38,835 nt of DNA from IMG/VR virus record IMGVR_UViG_2734482565_000006; one strand, 5' to 3'. The position numbers and the translations under genes were made by a program. Source of the stretch: a virus (Duplodnaviria; Heunggongvirae; Uroviricota; Caudoviricetes). Below, in pieces: positions 17,646 to 27,909 of this stretch (position 1 is the stretch's first letter; each line of letters starts with the position of its first letter). The notes below the pieces were generated by a model. The model had not been told where the DNA came from. It did no database searches and saw only the letters and a program-made list of their open reading frames with translations.

Positions 17646-18061
17646 ATAAAGCCCTTCTGGTTGCGCCCGAACACCGCCGCATCAGACTGCACCTGCGGTA
17701 AATCCCCGGATTCAGGGGCCGCACCGTCTGTATCCACGCCGACCGGCACGTTACCGTTCATGACATCTTTCAGCCAGGCCAGCGCCTCACGGTAACGGTC
17801 ACGCGCCTGATCGGATGCCCGCTGATCGCACAGGTAATAAAAGGCAATCGTGCAGCAATGCTGAACAAGGACCGCCGGAACCACCGCCAGCGGCAGCGTG
17901 TAACGGGAAGACAGATAGCTGTCGATAAGGGCAGACGCGTCCGTCAGTGCCCGGTTCAGCTTGCGCGTGTCCGGTTCATCCGAACGGGGCACGGCCAGTA
18001 ATGGCCTGAGCAAATCCTCGCGGTAACGTGCCCGCATATCGGTTTCGGTGGCGTAATTCAT
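17642..18061 (-). CDS. head completion protein (Mu gp36 / J-like)
   Basis: 139 aa; 4-bp overlap with its neighbours; called from position. Confidence 0.6.
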   Translation of the reverse strand: MNYATETDMRARYREDLLRPLLAVPRSDEPDTRKLNRALTDASALIDSYLSSRYTLPLAVVPAVLVQHCCTIAFYYLCDQRASDQARDRYREALAWLKDVMNGNVPVGVDTDGAAPESGDLPQVQSDAAVFGRNQKGFI

Positions 18062-18417
18062 GCGCGCGCCTTTTTCGCCTGTCTGGCGTTATTGCCGGTC
18101 TTTTTCCGGGGAGCATCCTGTACGGTTTCGGCTTCGGCTAAATCTGCACCGGTCTCTGCATGAACCACACCCGCCACGGCTCCCGCATCATCACCAGGCG
18201 TCTGTAGTATTCGTACAGTGAGGCATGGCTCCGCTTCCAGTCGGGCAAGCTGCTCCGGGGTGACGTCAACCTGCTGGCGTCCCCGCATGAACAGGAACCC
18301 CGCACGACGAAAATGCGTACGACTGCAACGCACTTCTGCCAGTACCGTGACAGGACTGTCACCACTGACCTGAAGGCCTGAATCATCTGTTGCTGCCACA
18401 GTGTGATGTTCATTCAT
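18058..18417 (-). CDS. hypothetical head-associated protein (Mu gp35 position)
   Basis: 119 aa ORF immediately after the major head gene; basic C-terminus. Confidence 0.5.
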   Translation of the reverse strand: MNEHHTVAATDDSGLQVSGDSPVTVLAEVRCSRTHFRRAGFLFMRGRQQVDVTPEQLARLEAEPCLTVRILQTPGDDAGAVAGVVHAETGADLAEAETVQDAPRKKTGNNARQAKKARA

Positions 18418-18460
18418 ATTTGCCCTCCGCAGGGGCCGGGCCGTAAGCCCGGCTCACCGT

Positions 18461-19408
18461 TTACAGATAATCCGCGACAACCAGCTCCAGCTTGCCCTTC
18501 ATCTCGTTAGAGACTGTGGCGTTACCGTCTGCGAACAGCTCGCGCTCCAGCAGCTGCACCGCCTGTTTTTCCAGCGAGGTGGGGACAACAATATGGGTGG
18601 GTTTGATGCCGAGTTTGCGGCCACCGTCAGCCTTAAAGTCACGCATGGCTGACCAGCCGTGCCACAGCGCATCCAGCGTCAGCGGTGACTGCATCATGTA
18701 GGCCATCTGCCAGAAGCCGTAGCCCACATTGCGACGGGCGGAAGCACCGAACACAAACTCGTTATCAGTAAACGCACGGCCTTCATCGACTTTTGTCTGG
18801 GCAACCAGTTCGGCTTTGCGGCGATCCTGATAAATCAGCGGTTTTACCGCGCGGGAGCAGTCAAGCAGATACCAGGCCGGGCCGCTGTAATCCGCCTGTG
18901 CACCGACAGAGCCGGTTTTTGCCACAAACATATTGCTGACCATCTGTGCATCACCGGAGCCATCCACTTTGGGGTAAACAGGGTGTTCGGTATCAAAGAA
19001 GTTCTGGCCGTCATAGCAGGCCGCATTCAGACCATCACGCAGTGCAGCAAAGACCAGTTCATCCGGTTGTGCCGCAGCGGCACGACCCATTTCCTGGAAT
19101 AACGGGGAGTAGATGCCGAGATTGTCGTCTTCAAAGTCATCGCGGCTAATGGCAACGGTGCCTTCAAAGGTTTTGTTCACGATGGCGTAGCCATAGGCTT
19201 TCATCTTCTCGATGACGCGGGAGCCGATCCACTCACGGAACTGCGGGAACTGCCCCAGCCAGCCGTAGGTGTTGGATTTCGAGGTGGACGGCACGGTCAT
19301 CGCAATTTTCTGGTACTGCGACGGAGCCATGGACATCCCGGCCTGAAAATCAGAACGGTAGCCCGTCATCAGGGCGGTGATCATCGCCGGTGTAATCGGG
19401 GTAGGCAT
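18461..19408 (-). CDS. major head subunit (Mu T-like)
   Basis: 315 aa; directly follows the protease/scaffold gene with an ATGA-type overlap. Confidence 0.85.
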   Translation of the reverse strand: MPTPITPAMITALMTGYRSDFQAGMSMAPSQYQKIAMTVPSTSKSNTYGWLGQFPQFREWIGSRVIEKMKAYGYAIVNKTFEGTVAISRDDFEDDNLGIYSPLFQEMGRAAAAQPDELVFAALRDGLNAACYDGQNFFDTEHPVYPKVDGSGDAQMVSNMFVAKTGSVGAQADYSGPAWYLLDCSRAVKPLIYQDRRKAELVAQTKVDEGRAFTDNEFVFGASARRNVGYGFWQMAYMMQSPLTLDALWHGWSAMRDFKADGGRKLGIKPTHIVVPTSLEKQAVQLLERELFADGNATVSNEMKGKLELVVADYL

Positions 19409-20541
19409 TATTGCATTTCCTCTTTCATTTTCAGGAACTCGGCTTCGGTTTTACCCAACAGACGTGCGGCGGCGATATCTTCAGCCGACAGCACAGCGGT
19501 GGCGGTCTTTTTATCCGGCACGGTTACGGTGTCGGTCTGAAGAGTGGTCAGAGCCGCAACCGGCTGGCGGGCGTCAAGCTGTGCAGAAAGTGCCGCGACG
19601 CCAATCTGTTGTCCGAGTCCTTCCATGTATCCGCGTTCGCTTTTGAAAATGCGTCCTTCGGACTCGGCCTTATCCAGCAACTGCTCCAGCGTGGTGCTGC
19701 CGTGTTGTGCCGACAGCGCGGCATATTCGGTACGCAGGGCGTTATACGTCTCAACGGGCACATATTTCGTCAGATCAATAGTGCCGCCAGTTGGTGTGCC
19801 TTTTGCGGTTTCCAGTTCTGCCGACAGGCTGGCAACCTGCGTTTTCAGGGTGTCGTGCGCATCCGCACGGGTTTTGATCCCGGTAAGGGCAGACAGCGCC
19901 GCCGTGCCCAGTTCCGGTGTAAATTCGTCACCGTCAGCCACGGTCAGACCGAGCGCCGTCAGCAACTGGCGTAATTGCTCATTCATGGGGGATTGCTCCT
20001 GAGAAGGGGAAACGACATAGAGATCATCAGCACTGAGTGCCGCGACAGGGTTCATACCCGTAATACCCGGATCATTCGTCAGGGAAGCCATGCGCAACAG
20101 GTAGGGTTCCCCGGTGTCAGCGAAATAATGCATATATGCAGACAGATAGGCATATTCACGGTCATCAATATGTTTTTGTGCCTGTGGTGTCCATTCAGGT
20201 TTAATGAAAATCCCCTGACCCTCACGCCATTCGATGTTTTCCGGCTTAACCCATCCTGCAGCAATAGCCTTGAATCCGTTTTTCTGCGCATTCACGGAGT
20301 GATGGTCATAATCAATCAGTAACGGCTGATGCAGGGCGGAAAGCCCGGCTTTCATCCGGTTACAGGCGGATTCGTTAATCAGCCAGCCTTCAGTCGGTTT
20401 TTCCGGGCGACCGTCACGGGCCTTTACCCGACCGGCTGGCAGTAACTGACACCATCCGTCGCCGGATGCAGTCAGCGAAGCTGAAAGCACGGCTAAACCG
20501 GAGGGGCGATTTGCGTCTTTTGGGTGATTTTCTGTCTTCAT
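19408..20541 (-). CDS. head protease / scaffold protein (Mu I-like)
   Basis: 377 aa with an N-terminal protease-like region and a C-terminal Ala/Leu/Thr-rich helical scaffold-like region; preceded by a 177-bp intergenic region. Confidence 0.8.
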   Translation of the reverse strand: MKTENHPKDANRPSGLAVLSASLTASGDGWCQLLPAGRVKARDGRPEKPTEGWLINESACNRMKAGLSALHQPLLIDYDHHSVNAQKNGFKAIAAGWVKPENIEWREGQGIFIKPEWTPQAQKHIDDREYAYLSAYMHYFADTGEPYLLRMASLTNDPGITGMNPVAALSADDLYVVSPSQEQSPMNEQLRQLLTALGLTVADGDEFTPELGTAALSALTGIKTRADAHDTLKTQVASLSAELETAKGTPTGGTIDLTKYVPVETYNALRTEYAALSAQHGSTTLEQLLDKAESEGRIFKSERGYMEGLGQQIGVAALSAQLDARQPVAALTTLQTDTVTVPDKKTATAVLSAEDIAAARLLGKTEAEFLKMKEEMQ

Positions 20542-20718
20542 ACCGGCAGCATAAGCCGGGTATTTTTGGGGCTGGTTTTGCGGGACTTCAGAAAGTGCTG
20601 ACAGGGGGGGAATGAGAAAGGCGCTTCACGCAGATTTTAAAGCCCGTTAAATACAGGTTAGAAAATCACGACACGCGCCTGAAGGGGGTAAGGTAATACG
20701 TTTGCATACCTTAAACCA

Positions 20719-21192
20719 TTACGGCGTTTCTGTGGCCTTTTTAAAGCGTTTTCTGATTTCGTCCATGATCTCCTGTTCTGCCACCTGATCAAAGCCCATA
20801 TACGGACGTGCGCCAATGGCCGCCGGTCCCGGTGGCATACCAGGCAGGCCACCCCACTGATGAATGGCTGCATAAGGTTCATTTGATCCAATCAGCGCCC
20901 AGGTATCGCCATAATCCGTGGTCAGGCGGCGGGCCAGATCGCCGTTCAGCGTCAGGATTTTGCCGGGCGTGTATCCCTTACGGGTACGCCACTCACGGTA
21001 AGGATCTGACCAGTCATGCCAGCGTTCACCATCCGGCTCTTTTTCCTGCTCAAACGCCATTTCTGACGATGACAGAAGACTCGCCGCCACACTGCGGGCC
21101 AGGTCTTTTCCGCCGCCCACAAACTGAAGCCGGGCAAACACTCGCTGGAGACGCGTAACGTCAACAACGACAGCTGCATCAATGGATGACAT
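20719..21192 (-). CDS. virion morphogenesis protein (Mu G-like)
   Basis: 157 aa; position between the F-like and I-like genes. Confidence 0.7.
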   Translation of the reverse strand: MSSIDAAVVVDVTRLQRVFARLQFVGGGKDLARSVAASLLSSSEMAFEQEKEPDGERWHDWSDPYREWRTRKGYTPGKILTLNGDLARRLTTDYGDTWALIGSNEPYAAIHQWGGLPGMPPGPAAIGARPYMGFDQVAEQEIMDEIRKRFKKATETP

Positions 21193-21313
21193 ATTGCCTC
21201 CGCATAAAGGATGAATATAAAATAAACAGGCGGTCAGTGTACGCTTAACTGGTAAAGTCGGTGCCTGCCTCCGGGTGGATCATGTATGCGGGTTCGACCC
21301 CCGCCACTGACCG

Positions 21314-22645
21314 TTAATCAATTTGTCCTTCCAGCACCTCAAGCATTCCGCCCCGGATATCCGATTTCAGCTTATCCATATTGATAACCCGGTAAGCATT
21401 CACAATCACATCCAGTTTGTCGGGCTGACGTTTCAGACTGTACGGTGCATTAACGGCAATCTGCACACTGCCATCCTGATTTTCCACGATATACATCAGA
21501 TTGTTGTGCCGTTTGTCCCACAGTACCGCTTTTGGCCTTGCCAGCATTGCCGGTAAGCGCCCGAAGTCCTCCGGCGTCAGAGCGATGCCGTCATTCTGAT
21601 GTTTCACACTGTCCGCATGGAGCACATTTTTACCGCTCATCGCCAGCAGGCGGGCCGGTGGCGTTCCCGTCCGGCTTTCCACTGCCTGCGCAATGCTTTC
21701 AGTCATAAAGCCCAGCGTGCGGATATCGTTACCACCTCGCCGGGTCTGCATGATGTTTTTTGCCCAGATGCGGAACGCCAGCTGCCGCTCCGGGCTGTTG
21801 TTCATCTCCTGAACCACCATTTCCCGTAACGCCGGGCTTTTCACCTCGATCAGTTTGCGGATCAGCGCCTGGTCTGTGCCGAACGCTGCCGAGCCGGGGT
21901 TATATGACCAGCCCACATCCGGTGTCATGGTTCTGGCGCCATCTGAATATGTGGTCACCGGCATTTCTCTGACTTCTCCGGTCTGTTTATCCACGCCAGC
22001 CTCAACATTGCGGGTGGAGAGATGATCCTCACCGGATGAAACGGATAACCCCATTGCATCCAGACGGGCCTGAGACAATGGCCGCACACGGCAGCGGCAG
22101 TTCCAGCCATTGGGCGGGTAGTGTGTTTTCCAGAACGGATCGTCATAGCGGAATACCAGACCGTTAAGGGCGGAATGCGACGGGCGGGTACGGCTGTCCA
22201 TGACCGCCACATACTGCCAGAACGGATGCGTGTCCGTGTTGTTCATCATCTGCGTGTAACGCCCGGCATTGTAAGCCACACGGGTGTTCACGTTGTAAAT
22301 CAGCGCCAGACGACGGGGACTGCCCTGCTGCACTTCTTCCGCGTTACCGTCGCTGTCCACCACAATCTGCTTTCCCCACCATCCCAGCTTTTGCAGGCGT
22401 GGCGTCAGTGTGCGGATAAATTCTTTCTGTGAAATCCCCTCATCAATGGCCCGCTGCACTTCGGCCTGTAATGTGGTTACCACATCCAGCCGTGCCGTTT
22501 TTGCTGCCGTGAATGAGCGGGCATGAACATCCGCGTCTGTTTCGAACCAGTTCCAGCTGATATGCGCCCCTTTGGCGCGGAAGTATGCCACCGTCTCTTT
22601 TGAGGGAAGCGTGGCGGCATAACCTAAATCAATCCCCTGAGCCAT
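21314..22645 (-). CDS. head morphogenesis protein (Mu F-like)
   Basis: 443 aa; overlaps the portal gene 3' end. Confidence 0.8.
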   Translation of the reverse strand: MAQGIDLGYAATLPSKETVAYFRAKGAHISWNWFETDADVHARSFTAAKTARLDVVTTLQAEVQRAIDEGISQKEFIRTLTPRLQKLGWWGKQIVVDSDGNAEEVQQGSPRRLALIYNVNTRVAYNAGRYTQMMNNTDTHPFWQYVAVMDSRTRPSHSALNGLVFRYDDPFWKTHYPPNGWNCRCRVRPLSQARLDAMGLSVSSGEDHLSTRNVEAGVDKQTGEVREMPVTTYSDGARTMTPDVGWSYNPGSAAFGTDQALIRKLIEVKSPALREMVVQEMNNSPERQLAFRIWAKNIMQTRRGGNDIRTLGFMTESIAQAVESRTGTPPARLLAMSGKNVLHADSVKHQNDGIALTPEDFGRLPAMLARPKAVLWDKRHNNLMYIVENQDGSVQIAVNAPYSLKRQPDKLDVIVNAYRVINMDKLKSDIRGGMLEVLEGQID

Positions 22646-24218
22646 CCAGCATCCCCTTCATTTCCGCAGCAAACATGGCATCACTGAGCAGCGTCATCAG
22701 GCGGGAATCATCCATTTCACGGTAAAGGGCAGGCAGGTCTGCCAGTGCCTCCGCCAGCCCCCGCGTTCTGATGACATCAATGACCGGCTCCAGCACCGGA
22801 TCGATGGCCTCCTGTAAGCGGCGGGCAGGCACCGCGTCCCCCATGTCGTCCAGTTCATCACGCGGCGTGTTTTTCGCTTCCGGCAGTCGGGCTGAAAGCG
22901 CCGTCTGTTCTGTCTTTTCCTGTTTTTCCGGTAGCGTTTCCCTGTCAGGCATGGCCGGTTCATTACTGCTCTGACGGACACGGAATATGGCTTCACCGGG
23001 CGTGGGCTGTGGAATACCGGTCTGATCCCGTACCCAGGGATCAGGAATATCCATCCCCGCACTGAGTTGCATCACCGCACTGGCTATTTTGGTGATATCC
23101 CCCGGTTCTTTGGTCTGGAAACAGATACGCGGCAGGCGACGGATATCAATGGCGTGGGCGGTGTTCAGGGCATACAGCGGATACACCAGATCGCGGTTCA
23201 GGGTTGCAGCCAGCTGGCGTAAATCAGAATCCCTGATTTCCCGGCGCACCTCGTTATGCACCTCACCCAGCGAGCGCGCGCCTTTGTCTCCGGCTTCTGT
23301 GGTCAGCGTGCCGCCGAGTATTGCTTTGGAGATGGAACGCTCACCCCACGAAATCATGGTTTCAAACGGATCGGCCTGACCGTTCGCTGCCGCCTGAAAC
23401 TCCAGCGACATCCCGGCCGGGATGATCCCGCCTGTACGTCGCCCGATATCCATCACCGCCCGCATCAGGGCACTTTTCTGCTCCGGTGTTGCCCCGGACG
23501 GGTATTTCCCGACCTTCATTGGCAGGCCGTACACCTCCAGAAATTCCGCCAGATCGCGCACGGAATAGTTTTTGAAAATGAACGGCCAGATAAGCGTTCT
23601 GACAAGCCCCGTCGCACCACCGTAGCCGGTGCGTGAACGCGACTGATGCACTATCCAGCCAAAGGGCTGAAACGCCACCCCGGCATGGCTGCCGTCACGC
23701 AGCCGCAGTTCGCTCAAATCATCCGGGTTAAGGCAGAAATGCCCGCTGTCACGCCAGCGGATGGCGCGGATGATGTGCATTTTACCGAGCATCCCGTGCT
23801 CAATTTCCATGCAGGAATAGCCCTTCAGGATGGCATCCGTGGCGTCAAACAGCATGGCATCAAACCAGTCTGCGGAATGCAGATATTCGTCGAGCATTTC
23901 CGCGTCCTTTTTCTCATTCGCGCTGGCGTTCGGTGGCGGCTCAATACTCCATGGCACCCCCTGAATGGCAAGACGTCGCTTGCCCAGCTCCGCAAAAAGG
24001 TGGGTGTCCTTTTCTTCAATATCAGCGGCCAGATCGGACTGGGCAATCAGATCGCCACGTTCAGCCCCGCGAAGGCACTGCGCCGCCCGGTTCGGGGTGA
24101 TACCCGAAGCCGGATGTTCAATATAACGGCTGGCAATCTGCGGAATATCCAGCGCGGCACTCTGCATCTCCGGGTCAAAGGAGAAAGGTTTTCCGTCAGT
24201 ATCAATGATGCGTCCCAC
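22629..24218 (-). CDS. portal protein (Mu gp29-like)
   Basis: 529 aa, directly downstream of the large terminase with a start/stop overlap. Confidence 0.85.
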   Translation of the reverse strand: MGRIIDTDGKPFSFDPEMQSAALDIPQIASRYIEHPASGITPNRAAQCLRGAERGDLIAQSDLAADIEEKDTHLFAELGKRRLAIQGVPWSIEPPPNASANEKKDAEMLDEYLHSADWFDAMLFDATDAILKGYSCMEIEHGMLGKMHIIRAIRWRDSGHFCLNPDDLSELRLRDGSHAGVAFQPFGWIVHQSRSRTGYGGATGLVRTLIWPFIFKNYSVRDLAEFLEVYGLPMKVGKYPSGATPEQKSALMRAVMDIGRRTGGIIPAGMSLEFQAAANGQADPFETMISWGERSISKAILGGTLTTEAGDKGARSLGEVHNEVRREIRDSDLRQLAATLNRDLVYPLYALNTAHAIDIRRLPRICFQTKEPGDITKIASAVMQLSAGMDIPDPWVRDQTGIPQPTPGEAIFRVRQSSNEPAMPDRETLPEKQEKTEQTALSARLPEAKNTPRDELDDMGDAVPARRLQEAIDPVLEPVIDVIRTRGLAEALADLPALYREMDDSRLMTLLSDAMFAAEMKGMLDGSGD

Positions 24219-25885
24219 TACCAGCCCCCCCGATCAAATTCATGATATGCCTCATCGTCATCACGATAACCGCCCTCCATTGCCCGCGACCGCTCCTGTA
24301 GCGCCTGACAGGCTGATTCATCCAGGATGAAGCCCTCCATGTATGACGCCCGGTTTGCCATACAGAGCGCCACGGCAAAATCACCATGGCGGCGGGCGTT
24401 CGCAGCCGTTGCGTTCTGGTCCTTCGTGCGCCCCTTGTCGATTTGCGGGATACCATTCACTACCTTCACATGGCGCAAATCATCAAGCGTGGTCTGATGG
24501 CGGGCGACGAGGATATTCTGATCTTCAAACTCGGCTTTCAGTTTTGGCATCCACTCGCCGTACCACTTCGGCGACAACATCACGCAGTCGATGATGTCCG
24601 GGCCAAAGGCCAGCAGTGCGGCCTCTGCCAGATAGCCGCCGTTACCGGTGGCGTCGAACGCCGCACCGACCAGCGCCGGAACGCGGGTCAGGATGTACAT
24701 CATCACCTGTTCCTGCTGGGCATACGGCAGGTTGCGCAGCTCCACGCGAAACACCTCGCGCTTTGCCAGGGATTCGGTGATTTCCAGCAGCACAAAGCAG
24801 GACAGGTCACCGGTGCGGGCAAAGTCTTCCCCGAAGCTGAAGCGGGAACGGGGATTTAATTTCTCTAAAAGCGGTTTTAAATGTTCTTCACACCAGGTTA
24901 AAACTTCCGATTCACGCAGCCATGCGGCACGGCTGATGAAGTTGTCCGGGGCTTCAAACGTCAGAATCGGGATGTCGCGGATCATCGCCATTTCAATAAG
25001 CGCGTGGGGGATATAGGCACCGCCGGATTTTTTCGGGATACAGCCGTATTCCTCGTCGGCATCCTCACGGGTCGGGGCGTTTTTGTAGAGATCATCACGC
25101 CATTTCTGCTCGCTTTCCGGTGACCATTCCTGATCGGTGACGTAACAGATACGACGGTACAGCCCGTCCGCAATGGCATCATCCAGGGTTATGCGGTGGA
25201 CGCTGTAATCCTTGCGCCCCTCGCGGGCTTCCTGAATGTACTGATTAAACAGATTATCGACGCCGTTATGCGTGGAGATAATACGCACGCGCGCGCCCCA
25301 CATAGTGAGCGCCATTGCCGCCTTGAGAAGCTCATCCAGTGACTCGTGGAACGCGGCTTCATCAATCACCACATCCCCCTGAAGGCCGCGCAGGTTTGAC
25401 GGACGGGAAGACAATGCCTGAATTTTGAATCCACTGTTCGGAAAGCGGATCATGTAGGTCAAAATTTCTTCTTTTTTATCCCGATCCCAGAATGTCTGCT
25501 CATACACATCAGCATCTGCCAGCTGGTTAAAGGCACGGGAGAACAGCGCGCAGGCAGAAATATATTCCAGCGCCATCTCCTGCTTTGATCCCACATAAAA
25601 CACATTGCGGCCACCACGACGCTTCGGTTTTGCAGCAGTAATGACGTTACGCCCGGCTTCCGCCCAGGTAAGACCGGTGCGGCGGGATTTCTCCGCGATG
25701 CAGACCTGACTTTCATCTGCAAACCAGCGGGCCTGATAATCCAGAAACACCGGCATATCACCGGGCAAATCAAGGCTGTCCGGCACATCCACGCCCAGCA
25801 GGGCTTTTTCACCTGACAGATCAATTTTGCGGGGAGGCGTCATTTGCATCAGTGAAGGCGACGTTTCTCTGGCTTTGTTCATCAT
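24218..25885 (-). CDS. terminase large subunit (Mu gp28-like)
   Basis: 555 aa; its position and size fit the terminase ATPase-nuclease subunit; start ATGATG overlaps the stop of the upstream small ORF. Confidence 0.9.
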   Translation of the reverse strand: MMNKARETSPSLMQMTPPRKIDLSGEKALLGVDVPDSLDLPGDMPVFLDYQARWFADESQVCIAEKSRRTGLTWAEAGRNVITAAKPKRRGGRNVFYVGSKQEMALEYISACALFSRAFNQLADADVYEQTFWDRDKKEEILTYMIRFPNSGFKIQALSSRPSNLRGLQGDVVIDEAAFHESLDELLKAAMALTMWGARVRIISTHNGVDNLFNQYIQEAREGRKDYSVHRITLDDAIADGLYRRICYVTDQEWSPESEQKWRDDLYKNAPTREDADEEYGCIPKKSGGAYIPHALIEMAMIRDIPILTFEAPDNFISRAAWLRESEVLTWCEEHLKPLLEKLNPRSRFSFGEDFARTGDLSCFVLLEITESLAKREVFRVELRNLPYAQQEQVMMYILTRVPALVGAAFDATGNGGYLAEAALLAFGPDIIDCVMLSPKWYGEWMPKLKAEFEDQNILVARHQTTLDDLRHVKVVNGIPQIDKGRTKDQNATAANARRHGDFAVALCMANRASYMEGFILDESACQALQERSRAMEGGYRDDDEAYHEFDRGGW

Positions 25886-26130
25886 GCTTTACCTGTCAGA
25901 ATGCTTTTGATTCGGGACTCAAGCTCTTCAGTCATCACGTCCACGCCGCTCAACTCATCAGTGGCAGCCTCTGCCAGCAGCGAATGCAGTTGTTCCAGGG
26001 ATATTTCCCCGGCAATGCTGAGTTCAGTCAACTCACGACATACCTTTATGGTTTCAGGAGGTAACTGTGTTGCAAGACTGAATGCTTTCTGATGGGCACT
26101 GCTCATCAGTGAGCGGTTATCTGTTGCCAT
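25882..26130 (-). CDS. small protein whose C-terminus duplicates the small-terminase C-terminal tail
   Basis: 82 aa with AGGAGGTG SD; C-terminus AEAATDELSGVDVMTEELESRIKSILTGKA versus TerS C-terminus ANAVTDELRGVDGMSEQIEFRIRQMLLGKA. The DNA is also similar (25950..25980 vs 26200..26230). Translationally coupled to TerL. Confidence 0.6.
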   Translation of the reverse strand: MATDNRSLMSSAHQKAFSLATQLPPETIKVCRELTELSIAGEISLEQLHSLLAEAATDELSGVDVMTEELESRIKSILTGKA

Positions 26131-26140
26131 GATTCACCTC

Positions 26141-26722
26141 CTACGCCTTACCCAGCAGCATCTGCCTGATACGGAATTCGATCTGCTCGCTCATGCCATC
26201 CACGCCGCGCAACTCATCGGTGACCGCATTCGCCATCTCTTCAGCAAATGCGGCCCGGATTTCTTTTTCACGCTTAATGCTGCGCTCGGCGGCACTTTCT
26301 GCACGCTGTGCCGACAGGAGGATGTCCTTAATAAGGCGCATATCCACATCGCTGTCGCTGTTCAGGGATTCGGTGGCGGCACGCAGACGGCGGTACATCA
26401 GGGCACGGGACATCTCCAGAATCAGTGCCGTGGTTTCACCGGTCGGCTTATCCCCCAGTTCGGCCATCATGGCTTTTGTCTGCTCGCGTAAATCACGCAG
26501 ATTACGGGCAATCAGCTCATTACGGGAGGCTTCCCGGCTGATGGCCGCCGGTGAGAGCTGCTGCTCTTCCGGCAGACCTGCTTCACGGATCAGACGGTTG
26601 ATTTCCTCGCGGATCTGGACCTGCGTCAGACGTTTTTCACGCAGCATTTCCAGCAGCGGCTTACGGATGCTGTCGGGGAGCAAATCCACCTTGCGTACAC
26701 GGCCACGCGCTGGCTTATCCAT
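26141..26722 (-). CDS. terminase small subunit (Mu gp27-like)
   Basis: 193 aa; N-terminal basic DNA-binding region; immediately upstream of the terminase large subunit region. Confidence 0.75.
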   Translation of the reverse strand: MDKPARGRVRKVDLLPDSIRKPLLEMLREKRLTQVQIREEINRLIREAGLPEEQQLSPAAISREASRNELIARNLRDLREQTKAMMAELGDKPTGETTALILEMSRALMYRRLRAATESLNSDSDVDMRLIKDILLSAQRAESAAERSIKREKEIRAAFAEEMANAVTDELRGVDGMSEQIEFRIRQMLLGKA

Positions 26723-26724
26723 CG

Positions 26725-27015
26725 TTACCCCCTTGCGCGTGGTTTCTTCACACCCGGAACGGTGGCGCGGCCTTCCGCCACATCCTGACCCCGGCCGGTC
26801 AGTTCAGCGATGAAATAACCGTTAACAAGCGTGCGCTTACGCACCAGTCCCTGCTCGGCAAGCCAGGCAATGTGGGTATGAACGGTGTCGCGGGACACGC
26901 GGTGACCGTAATCATCCAGGCAGTCCTGAAGCACGGATTCGCCCAGTTCGCCGTTGTAATCCGCCAGCGACCGCAGAATGACAAGACGCTGATCTTCAGT
27001 AATGAAATCACTCAT
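26725..27015 (-). CDS. conserved Mu-like late protein (gp26 position), possible winged-helix
   Basis: 96 aa ORF upstream of the terminase small subunit. Confidence 0.5.
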   Translation of the reverse strand: MSDFITEDQRLVILRSLADYNGELGESVLQDCLDDYGHRVSRDTVHTHIAWLAEQGLVRKRTLVNGYFIAELTGRGQDVAEGRATVPGVKKPRARG

Positions 27016-27319
27016 TGTGTTTTTTCCTTACAGCCTGCTCCAGCAGCAGTTCGTTCTGATGGGAGACGGATTTCAGGGTGGCATTGGTGGCCTTAAGCTC
27101 ACCGCGCAGGGTGGTGATTTCGATATTGAGTCTGTTCACCTCCTGCTGCGTGGGCAGGCCGGAAATCCGGCTCTCCACCCGCTCAACCCGGTCGGAGAGT
27201 TTTTCAAAGGCCTCGCGGGGGACAAAGGTTTTGCGCATCAGCGCCATGAAGATCCCCCCGGCTGTGGCCGTTGCCGACAGGATCGGCACGACATAATCTT
27301 TAACGATGCTGACCCACAT
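27008..27319 (-). CDS. membrane protein (Mu gp25 position; possible lysis accessory)
   Basis: 103 aa with an N-terminal hydrophobic helix (VVPILSATATAGGIFMALM) and a C-terminal coiled-coil-like region. Confidence 0.5.
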   Translation of the reverse strand: MWVSIVKDYVVPILSATATAGGIFMALMRKTFVPREAFEKLSDRVERVESRISGLPTQQEVNRLNIEITTLRGELKATNATLKSVSHQNELLLEQAVRKKHNE

Positions 27320-27527
27320 GACCGGCCTCCATGATGTTCTGGCAGTTCACACAACGGATGGCATCCGGCACGGCAACCAGACGGGCAGCCGGAATGTCAC
27401 CCCCGCAGTCCGCGCATACACGCCTGCCCGGTGTCTCCGCCACCCGGCGCTTACGTGTCAGCCGGTCACAAAGGGCGCGTTCTGTTGCACGCTCCATGAC
27501 TGCCTGAGCACAATCTGAATCATCCAT
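27300..27527 (-). CDS. TraR/DksA-type C4 zinc-finger protein
   Basis: CADCGGDIPAARLVAVPDAIRCVNC four-Cys motif; start taken at the internal ATG 27527 preceded by AAGGA. Confidence 0.65.
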   Translation of the reverse strand: MDDSDCAQAVMERATERALCDRLTRKRRVAETPGRRVCADCGGDIPAARLVAVPDAIRCVNCQNIMEAGHVGQHR

Positions 27528-27537
27528 ACCTTTTTCC

Positions 27538-27909
27538 TTACTTCGTCTTTCCTGCCGGAACAGCAGTCGTTCCGGCCATATCAGTAAATTCATGCTGTCG
27601 CTGTGTCTCCAGACGGCGGATGCTGGCCTTGTCCACGTTGCAGTTTTTAATCACCGCCAGCAGTTGCAGGTTGTAAGTGACCGATGCACCAAACGTGAAC
27701 GGCTGCGGCGCGGGAGGGACCAGGCAGTCAGCCAGCCATTCAGCGGGGATCGGCACCGGCTTCACCGGCACGTATTTCACAGACGGCCCGCCGCACCCGG
27801 TCAGCCACATCATCAGGCACAGGCACAGCGGCAGCAGGCACCGTTGCCAGTGACCGGCGGACAATGCTCTGCTGTTCCTCGCTGTGCTGCATGTTCTGCT
27901 GTTTTTCAT
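27538..27909 (-). CDS. o-spanin (Rz1-like outer-membrane lipoprotein), overlapping the Rz 3' end in the +1 frame
   Basis: Lipobox LTGC followed by a Pro-rich mature region (PVKPVPIPAEW, VPPAPQP). The start is uncertain (ATG 27909, TTG about 27864 or ATG 27813). Confidence 0.55.
   Translation of the reverse strand: MKNSRTCSTARNSRALSAGHWQRCLLPLCLCLMMWLTGCGGPSVKYVPVKPVPIPAEWLADCLVPPAPQPFTFGASVTYNLQLLAVIKNCNVDKASIRRLETQRQHEFTDMAGTTAVPAGKTK

Noticed and set aside
19411-20322. Plus-strand ORFs (187, 152 and 115 aa) antisense to the I protease/scaffold gene
   Set aside because: Low-complexity Arg/Gly/Cys-rich products inside a strongly supported minus-strand gene; judged to be frame artefacts.
23646-24245. 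Plus-strand 199-aa ORF antisense to the portal gene
   Set aside because: Completely embedded in the portal coding sequence on the opposite strand with no independent signals.
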